NCBI GenBank assembly: GCA_965217185.1
Contig: OZ244252.1
Location: 128,001 to 192,000 of the forward strand
Direction: 5' to 3'
DNA length: 64,000 bases
Origin: an uncultured Candidatus Entotheonella sp.
Lineage (GTDB): Bacteria > Tectomicrobia > Entotheonellia > Entotheonellales > Entotheonellaceae
The notes under the pieces were generated by a model that had not been told where the DNA came from, searched no databases, and saw nothing but the letters and a program-made list of their open reading frames with translations. Shown here in pieces: positions 57,354 to 64,000 of this stretch; positions within the stretch are counted from its first letter, which is position 1; each line of letters begins with the position of its first letter. Position numbers and translations under genes: made by a program.

Positions 57354-57782
57354 TTAGAATGGAATGTCATCGTCCTGCGGCGCCGGGATGTCGTCATCCC
57401 GATACGGAGGTGGTGCGCCGCTGCCCGCACTCTGACGAGCGCCGCCGTCCTGGCTGACGCGCGGCATGAGATTGACCCGTTCGGCGACGACGTCGAGCTT
57501 GCTGCGTCGTTGTCCGCTCTGGTCTTCCCAACTGCGAAACTGTAAACGACCTTCGATCAATACCGGACTGCCTTTGCTGAGGTATTGCCCGACGATTTCC
57601 GCCGAGCGTGCGAAGGTGCTGATATCGACGAAGCACACCTCTTCCTTTTGCTCGTCGCCCTGGCGGTAACGCCGATTGACCGCCATACCAAAGGAGGCGA
57701 CCGGAGTGCCGCTTGGGGTGTAGCGCATTTCAGGATCCCGGGTGAGATTCCCCAGCAGAATGACTTTATTGAAGCTCGCCAT
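57354..57782 (-). CDS. ssb: Single-stranded DNA-binding protein
   Basis: NKVILLGNLTRDPE and C-terminal DDDIPF. Confidence 0.97.
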   Translation of the reverse strand: MASFNKVILLGNLTRDPEMRYTPSGTPVASFGMAVNRRYRQGDEQKEEVCFVDISTFARSAEIVGQYLSKGSPVLIEGRLQFRSWEDQSGQRRSKLDVVAERVNLMPRVSQDGGARQSAGSGAPPPYRDDDIPAPQDDDIPF

Positions 57783-57827
57783 GCCTCTGCCTCCATAGCT
57801 TGCCCCGGACCTGATCCGGGGGTTGAC

Positions 57828-58409
57828 CTAGCCGGTTGTCTCCTCGCCCTCTTCGGCACCCGACACGTCGTCATCAGCCACTTCCGGGCTGGCTTCCGGC
57901 TCTTCATCTCCCTTCGCTGTCACTTCGGGGGGCGTCTCCGGTTCCTCGTCTGCTTCCGCATCAGCAACCGGCTCGTCTTCTCGTGACGCGCGCCGGTACT
58001 CGGGAGCCTCGCGGTACGAATCCGTGCGCCGCCCCATGCGTCGCCGGTCGTCGCGGCCATCGTCGCGGCCATCGTCGTCGGGCAGACGGGTGAAGCCGGT
58101 CATCTGTTCTTCTTTGTCGTAGCGTACGGAAATGTACCGTAAGACGCGGTCGCTCAGGCGGTAGACACGCTCCAGTTCGAGGAGTGCATCGGGAAGGGCG
58201 CGGAAATGGATGAGGGTGTAGTAACCGTAACGCTGCTTGCGGATGGGGTAGGCGAGACGGCGTTTGCCGCCGCGTTCGATGCGGATCGTTTCCGATCCCC
58301 TGTCTTCGAGGATCTTATTGAGATTTTGGACAGCCTCTTCCGTCTCCTCCTCCGTCAGTTCGGGGTGCAGGATGAAGATGGTCTCGTAAAGCGCGGTTCG
58401 TGCATTCAT
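57828..58409 (-). CDS. rpsF: 30S ribosomal protein S6 with long acidic tail
   Basis: YETIFILHP and RRLAYPI. Confidence 0.95.
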   Translation of the reverse strand: MNARTALYETIFILHPELTEEETEEAVQNLNKILEDRGSETIRIERGGKRRLAYPIRKQRYGYYTLIHFRALPDALLELERVYRLSDRVLRYISVRYDKEEQMTGFTRLPDDDGRDDGRDDRRRMGRRTDSYREAPEYRRASREDEPVADAEADEEPETPPEVTAKGDEEPEASPEVADDDVSGAEEGEETTG

Positions 58410-58468
58410 CAAATCTCCTTATGGCTTGTAGCCCGCTGCGGCGAGCAAGGAGTGACCCCTCGTGGGGG

Positions 58469-59044
58469 TTACGTTGTCGTGATATTTCCTCCCATGGGCG
58501 CCTCTGCCCGATTGAGAAGATCTTCCAGCCTTTCTACCGCTTCGTCAATCATCCTCTGACGAGCGTCTGATTCCTCCGAGGAAAACGGAGACAACACGTA
58601 GTCGATGACATCTTCCCTTTGGGGCGGCCGCCCGATACCCAGCCGCAGGCGAAGATACTGATCGCTCTGCAGGCATTGGGTAATGGAGCGAATGCCCCGG
58701 TGTCCGGCATCGCCGCCTTGTTCCTTGAGGCGCAGTTTGCCTAACGACAGGTCAATGTCGTCGTGAACAACCACGAGCAAATCGTGGCGCCGCAGGTAGC
58801 GGCGCATCAGCGGAGCGACCGCTTCGCCGCTGTTGTTCATAAAGGTCTGCGGCTTGGCCAGCAGGACCGCGTGAATGCCGATCCGGCCCGCGCCGCAGAC
58901 CGCTTCGAACTCCCGACTCCGTAACGAAATGCCGTGACGACCGGCCAGGGCGTCGATGACGTCGTAGCCGATGTTATGACGGTGGTGCCGGTAGCGCTGT
59001 CCGGGGTTCCCCAAGCCGACGATCACGTCCACGTGTAGCGACAA
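58469..59044 (-). CDS. pth: Peptidyl-tRNA hydrolase
   Basis: VGLGNPG, HNIG, KPQTFMN and GHRG. Confidence 0.95.
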   Translation of the reverse strand: MSLHVDVIVGLGNPGQRYRHHRHNIGYDVIDALAGRHGISLRSREFEAVCGAGRIGIHAVLLAKPQTFMNNSGEAVAPLMRRYLRRHDLLVVVHDDIDLSLGKLRLKEQGGDAGHRGIRSITQCLQSDQYLRLRLGIGRPPQREDVIDYVLSPFSSEESDARQRMIDEAVERLEDLLNRAEAPMGGNITTT

Positions 59045-59047
59045 TCC

Positions 59048-59680
59048 CTAGGCTTCAGCCGCGTCCTCGGCGGCCATTGCTTCCGTTTCGCCGTCTTCCG
59101 TAGCCTCACGACTTCCGCCGACAACATTCAGGGTAAGGATGGCTGTTTCGGTATCCGTGATCAAGGTGACGCCTTCGGGCAAGTCCAGATCGCCGGCATG
59201 GAATGACTGATTGCTTGTCAGGGCGGCGAGATCTACACGGAGGCTTTCGGGAATATTACCCGGCAGACATTCGATCTCCACCTCGCGTAGAACCAGCGAC
59301 GCCGTCGCGCTGGTAGTTTTGAACTCGTCCGGCAGTGCGTTGATCGTCTCGACATTGACCGTCACGCGGATGGGCTCGTTGGGATCGACGCGGAAAAAGT
59401 CGACGTGCAGCGGCTCGCGTGTTACTGGATCGATCTGCACCTCGCGCAGGATGGCGTTGTATTGCTCCTCTTGGTCGCCGAGAAGATTCATGTCGAGGAC
59501 GGCGTTGGTTCCGCCAGCCGAGCGCTGGATTTCGACCAGGGTGTCGGCTTCGATTGTCAGCGCCGTGCTGCCGCCCTTGCCGTAGATGACGGCCGGCAGG
59601 CGCCCTTCGCGCCGAATTTGACGCGCCGCCGATTTGCCGGTGTTTTGTCGTTTGTGGGCCGTAACCCGCACCATGTCCAT
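59048..59680 (-). CDS. rplY: 50S ribosomal protein L25/Ctc
   Basis: R.IRREG.LPAVIYG and HVDF. Confidence 0.93.
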   Translation of the reverse strand: MDMVRVTAHKRQNTGKSAARQIRREGRLPAVIYGKGGSTALTIEADTLVEIQRSAGGTNAVLDMNLLGDQEEQYNAILREVQIDPVTREPLHVDFFRVDPNEPIRVTVNVETINALPDEFKTTSATASLVLREVEIECLPGNIPESLRVDLAALTSNQSFHAGDLDLPEGVTLITDTETAILTLNVVGGSREATEDGETEAMAAEDAAEA

Positions 59681-59758
59681 ACACAACCTCCTCTGGCTAG
59701 CAAGCTTTGTACCCGCCCGCCCATGTACCGGCACTGCACCGCGCCGGCACCTATCTTT

Positions 59759-60703
59759 CTAATTGAACAATGAACTCACCGAATCGTCCGAATGGATTCG
59801 TTTAATGGCTTCGCCCAACAGGGGCGCTACCGACAAGACGTGTACGCGGTCCTCCTTGTCGGCCTTGGCGCCGAGCGGAATTGTATCCGTCACGGCAAGC
59901 TGCTGCAGGCCGGAGGACCCAAGGCGTTGCATGGCCGGGCCCGACAACACCGCGTGAGCGGCACCGGCGAAGACCCGCCGTGCTCCCGCACGCAACAGGG
60001 CGGCCGTGGCCTCGACCAGCGTTCCCGCCGTGTCCACGATGTCGTCGGCGATCAGCACGTCGCGGTCCATCACCTCGCCGACGATGTGCATCACTTTGGC
60101 GATGTTCTTCTTGTCGCGGTCGCGGCGTTTGTCGATGATGGCCAGGGATGCGTCCAACCGCTTGGCGAATGCCGTGGCGCGTTCCACGCCGCCGGCGTCC
60201 GGCGCAATGATCGTCAAATTCTGGAATTTCTGCTGCTTGAAATGTTCGACGAGGACGGGGGCGGCGAAGAGGTGATCAACCGGCATGTTGAAGTAGCCCT
60301 GGAGCTGGCCGGCGTGCAGGTCAAGCGCCAGTACCCGGTTTACCCCTGCGGCGGCGATCAGGTCGGCTACCAGCTTGGCGGTGATGGGCACTCGGGGGCG
60401 ATCCTTGCGGTCCTGACGTCCATAGCCGAAATAGGGGATCACGGCCGTGATGCGCGCTGCTGAGGCCCGCCGGCAGGCATCAGCCATGATCAGCAGCTCC
60501 ATGAGGTGATGGTTAGCGGGTTGGCACGTCGACTGCACCAGAAAAACGTCCTGGCCGCGGATGTTTTCCTGGATTTGCACGAAGACTTCGCCGTCGCTGA
60601 AGTCGGACACTTCAATGCGACCGGGCTCGGTCTGCAGATACTCACAAATTCCACAGGCCAATCGTGGATTGGCGCGTCCCGTGAAAAGCCGCAAGTCTTT
60701 CAA
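59759..60703 (-). CDS. prs: Ribose-phosphate pyrophosphokinase
   Basis: FSDGE, YGRQDR, DLHAGQ and DDIVDTAGT. Confidence 0.97.
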   Translation of the reverse strand: MKDLRLFTGRANPRLACGICEYLQTEPGRIEVSDFSDGEVFVQIQENIRGQDVFLVQSTCQPANHHLMELLIMADACRRASAARITAVIPYFGYGRQDRKDRPRVPITAKLVADLIAAAGVNRVLALDLHAGQLQGYFNMPVDHLFAAPVLVEHFKQQKFQNLTIIAPDAGGVERATAFAKRLDASLAIIDKRRDRDKKNIAKVMHIVGEVMDRDVLIADDIVDTAGTLVEATAALLRAGARRVFAGAAHAVLSGPAMQRLGSSGLQQLAVTDTIPLGAKADKEDRVHVLSVAPLLGEAIKRIHSDDSVSSLFN

Positions 60704-60789
60704 CTCTTTTCACCTTAAAGAGATAGCCGTAGCGCGGTCACTTTGGAAACATGGGTTGTTCACGAAGCAGGGAAGGAAGGAAAAACAGA

Positions 60790-60861
60790 CTGGGGCGGGA
60801 GGATTCGAACCTCCGAATGCAGGTTCCAAAGACCTGTGTCTTACCGCTTGACGACGCCCCA
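60790..60861 (-). tRNA. tRNA-Gln(TTG)
   Basis: TGGGGCG...CTTTGGA anticodon loop...GGTTCGAATCC...CGCCCCAG; conserved ispE-tRNA-Gln-prs position; CCA not encoded. Confidence 0.95.
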
Positions 60862-60913
60862 TTTGATAGGAGACACGCCGCGAAGCTGAACGCGCCGTCC
60901 TTCTCGCCTTATG

Positions 60914-61792
60914 CTAATGCTGCCCAGTACCGCCCGCGCTGCCGCTGCACCACGTCCGGCATGCCCACACCTGCCAGTCCCGATTCCGTATCGTCTGGGC
61001 CACTTCCTGCGCAACGTCATATGAGCGGCACAAGGCGTACATTGTCGGCCCACTTCCCGACATACTTACACCATACACACCTGATTGGGTCAAGGCTTTT
61101 TTGATGGTGCAGAGCACGGGAAAGTGCGTCAGCATAACAGATTCGAAATCGTTAAAGCATGCCTTTCCCAGACCCTCAATGTCGCCTGATTCAAGATGGT
61201 GAGCGAGAATGGTAGTCGCGCCGGCGTTGTCTGTCAACGTCAAATGAAGCTGCCGGTAGGCCCAGGCGGTAGACACCTTCACGGGTGGTTTGACGAGCAC
61301 AAGGGACAACACCGCCGGGCAGGAGAGAGGTTCAAGCTTATCGCCCCGGCCGCGTCCGATGGCCGCCACCTCCGGCAGCAGGAAAAACGGCACGTCGGCG
61401 CCGATTGCGGCAGCGTGTCGGCCCAACTCAGCCGAGTCCATCTGCAGATTCCAGAGGGTGTTGAGGCCGCTGAGGGTCGCCGCGGCGTCGCTGCTGCCGC
61501 CCCCAAGACCGGCGGCGACGGGGATGGATTTACGCAGTCTGAAACGGGCGCCGCGGCCCGGCGCTGCCGGTTGCAGGGCCGTAGCTGCTCGGTGCACGAG
61601 GTTGCGCGAATCACTCGGAACGGCGGGGTCGTCGCAGTGTACGGTGATGTCGGGAATGTCCGTGTCGTCGATGCCGAGCTCGTCGGCGAGGGATATCTTG
61701 AGGAAGATGGTGGAGATGTCGTGGTAGCCATCGGGTCGGCGTCCGCGCACGGCCAAGCCAAGGTTGATTTTAGCCGGCGCGGAAAGAATCAC
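60914..61792 (-). CDS. ispE: 4-diphosphocytidyl-2-C-methyl-D-erythritol kinase
   Basis: APAKINL, IPVAAGLGGGSSDAA and MSGSG. Confidence 0.96.
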   Translation of the reverse strand: MILSAPAKINLGLAVRGRRPDGYHDISTIFLKISLADELGIDDTDIPDITVHCDDPAVPSDSRNLVHRAATALQPAAPGRGARFRLRKSIPVAAGLGGGSSDAAATLSGLNTLWNLQMDSAELGRHAAAIGADVPFFLLPEVAAIGRGRGDKLEPLSCPAVLSLVLVKPPVKVSTAWAYRQLHLTLTDNAGATTILAHHLESGDIEGLGKACFNDFESVMLTHFPVLCTIKKALTQSGVYGVSMSGSGPTMYALCRSYDVAQEVAQTIRNRDWQVWACRTWCSGSAGGTGQH

Positions 61793-61833
61793 GATGCCTG
61801 TATCACCTCTGCGGCAGCGGGCGGAACCGGACT

Positions 61834-62664
61834 TCAGGCAGGGTCCTCTTTGAGCACCCGGATTTCGGTTTGCGGCGGCGGTTGCACGCGAAACAGATCC
61901 GCCGATACCTCGGTGTTCAATTGCACGTCCGTGTAGCGCCAGACCGCCTGGCGCTGGGTTTCGGGTTCGGCAACGTCAATGCGCATCGGGAGCAGGACGT
62001 CCCCGTGTTGCTGGAAGTCACCGTAGTTGACCCGTATCACGACGGAGCCGGCTGCGTCCTCCATCTCGAATCGTACCGGATGCAACCCCTGGGGATCGAA
62101 CCACACGCGATAGTTCGGATCCGATCCCGGCTGCGTGCTCTCCCACATATACAGCCGTTCGTCTTCCTGGTATGCCAAGTCTCCGTTCGTAGGCAGCGGG
62201 TTCAGCGGAATGTCGCCAAGCAGCAGGCGCAACAGGGACTGGGGCGCCACGGCGATGCCGAACAGCCGCTCAAGATTCCGCGCCGATGCGGGCCCGACGA
62301 CCAGACGGTTATCCCGGATCATGTGCAAGGCCAGCCATTCGCCGTCGGTAATAAACAGGAACAACGGCTGCCCGAACGGCCCGATGCCTTCGAGCCGCAG
62401 CGCCTCGGCGTGCCGTACGACCACCACAACGTCATCCAGCGCCGCGCTCCCCTTGTCGGTGCGGGCCTGCACCCGCGCAAGCCCTTTCAGATTCTCCAGG
62501 GCGTTTCGACGTTCCGTCAAATGCTTCCAGAACGGTTCGGCGGGAACGGAGGCGGGTACCGGAGGGGGGGGCTCGGGGGGCGAAAACAGGCGCAGGCCGC
62601 TACAGCCCCCAAGGAGAAACAGGGATACGGCAAGGCTAATGGCGTTGCGGCTCAGGCGTCCCAT
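61834..62664 (-). CDS. LolB-like/DUF4292 lipoprotein
   Basis: Lipobox LGGC; located between the TPR gene and ispE. Confidence 0.7.
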   Translation of the reverse strand: MGRLSRNAISLAVSLFLLGGCSGLRLFSPPEPPPPVPASVPAEPFWKHLTERRNALENLKGLARVQARTDKGSAALDDVVVVVRHAEALRLEGIGPFGQPLFLFITDGEWLALHMIRDNRLVVGPASARNLERLFGIAVAPQSLLRLLLGDIPLNPLPTNGDLAYQEDERLYMWESTQPGSDPNYRVWFDPQGLHPVRFEMEDAAGSVVIRVNYGDFQQHGDVLLPMRIDVAEPETQRQAVWRYTDVQLNTEVSADLFRVQPPPQTEIRVLKEDPA

Positions 62665-64000
62665 GCGCTGCTTCCTCTATCATGTGCCGAATCTGCTGCA
62701 GCTTGCGCTCAACCGCCGGGTCGGCCTTGAGTTGCAGGGATTTTTCCCAGGCTGTCTCGGCCTCATGCATTCGGCTCAGCCGGAAGTAGATATCCCCCAG
62801 GTGTTCCTGAATGACGGGGTCGTCCGGTACCTCCTCGATGGCCCTTTTCAATTCCGCCAAGGCTTTCGCGTACAACCCTTTCTGGAAATAGGCCCAGCCG
62901 AGGCTGTCGAGAAAGTAGCCGTTGGTCGGTTCGATTGCCAGGGCGCGCTGAATCACGGTAATTGATTCGTCGAGCTTGATACCGCGCTCGGCGTACATGT
63001 AGCCGAGGTAATTCAAGGCGTTTGCGTGCCTGGGGGCGAGCGCGATGGTGTGCTCCATATGCTGCACGGAAGAATCGAAGTCCCCCAGCTTTTCGTACAC
63101 GGCGCCCAGGTTGAAATGGTAGGTGGCGTTGCCACCGTCCAGGTCCACGGCCTTTTTCAGGCTGACGACGGCATCGTTGTAGCCCTCGCTCTTGGCCAGC
63201 AAGAGGCCGAGGTAGAAATGCGACCCGGCCCGCTCCGGCTTTAGCGAGACGGCCTGGGTCAGGGCGTCGACCGCCTGCGGGAGATCTTCCATCTGTTCGT
63301 AGATATACCCAATATGTAAATAGACCTCGGGAGACTGCGGGCGCAGTTTCGCGGCTTTTTTCAACTCCGTCAGCGCTTCCTCGTAGCGTTCCAACTCCTC
63401 GTAGGTTTGCGCCAGATAGAAACGCATGTCGACGTTGTCCGGTTCCATCCGCACCACTTCCTGAAGGGCTTCGAGGGCTTCGAGGTATCTCTCCATTTGC
63501 AAACGGAGCATGCCGATGCGGCGCAGGTACAGGCTCTGCGGCTCCAGTTCCTGAAGCTCTTCATAAATCCACAGTGCTTCATCGAGCCGTTTCTGCTGGG
63601 TGTAAAGCTCGGCCAGGCGCTGCTGTAGCTTGAGGTTGTAAGGATTGATCTCGACGGCTTTTTGATACATCTCGGTCGCTTTGTCGTAGCGCTTCTGCAT
63701 GTCATAGATGTTGCCGAGAAAACGCAGCGCCGGCTCAAACTGCGGTTGCTCCGCGATCGCGCGTTTCAGATAGTGTTCGGCGAGGTCGTGGTCGTCCGCT
63801 TCGGCGTGGATGCGGGCGAGGGAGTACAAGCCGCGAGTCGAGTCCGGCATCACTTGCAGCAACTCCTCGAAGACGGCGATGGCCTCATCCCGTTGCCCCG
63901 CTTCAGCAAAGAGGGAGCCGAGGTGGAGATGCGCCGATTCCTGCTCAGGTTGCAGGGTAATGGACTTGCGGAAAGCGATTTGTGCTGCCTGGTTATCGCG
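62636..64000 (-). CDS. Tetratricopeptide repeat protein (5' end outside window)
   Basis: Many TPRs, ALNYLGY and DSLGWAYF..EHLGD. Confidence 0.9.
   Translation of the reverse strand, partial: RDNQAAQIAFRKSITLQPEQESAHLHLGSLFAEAGQRDEAIAVFEELLQVMPDSTRGLYSLARIHAEADDHDLAEHYLKRAIAEQPQFEPALRFLGNIYDMQKRYDKATEMYQKAVEINPYNLKLQQRLAELYTQQKRLDEALWIYEELQELEPQSLYLRRIGMLRLQMERYLEALEALQEVVRMEPDNVDMRFYLAQTYEELERYEEALTELKKAAKLRPQSPEVYLHIGYIYEQMEDLPQAVDALTQAVSLKPERAGSHFYLGLLLAKSEGYNDAVVSLKKAVDLDGGNATYHFNLGAVYEKLGDFDSSVQHMEHTIALAPRHANALNYLGYMYAERGIKLDESITVIQRALAIEPTNGYFLDSLGWAYFQKGLYAKALAELKRAIEEVPDDPVIQEHLGDIYFRLSRMHEAETAWEKSLQLKADPAVERKLQQIRHMIEEAAHGTPEPQRH

Noticed and set aside
58040..58085. 12-bp tandem repeat in the rpsF tail (DDGR units)
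   Set aside because: Low-complexity S6 C-terminal extensions are common.
60790..60861. tRNA-Gln as an island integration site
   Set aside because: It sits in the conserved ispE-prs context and no duplicated tRNA 3' end was seen in the window.

Overview
GC-rich bacterial chromosomal window; the taxon cannot be fixed from sequence alone. The right third (~45-64 kb, minus strand) is housekeeping: TPR protein, LolB-like lipoprotein, ispE, tRNA-Gln, prs, rplY, pth, rpsF, ssb, rpsR, DUF2232, rplI, dnaB, alr and tgt, followed by a cysteine synthase-FIST-methyltransferase-ligA-nth run. The left two thirds hold cofactor-maturation and catabolic genes: xdhC-lipA-larE, CoA-transferase, intradiol dioxygenase, dienelactone hydrolase, thiolase, HAD, acyl-CoA ligases, two PAC2 paralogs, an ECF sigma/anti-sigma pair and miaB. 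Two accessory islands stand out, each marked by a degenerate duplicate of a neighbouring gene's 3' end. Island 1 (~10.3-16 kb) carries a single-ORF DUF5131 (Gp37/Gp68) + TcmP-like fusion and a Type IIG-like restriction-modification enzyme, and is bracketed by a phzF 3' duplicate. Island 2 (~38-45 kb) carries a Cas2/VapD-like 'YDL' + PIN two-gene cassette that appears twice behind the nth 3' end. The older copy has decayed and collected an ORF-less group II intron, two IS5-family elements, an IS-split SH3 lipoprotein and coiled-coil repeat genes. Several REP-like palindrome families are scattered through the window. No CRISPR array or rRNA was seen.
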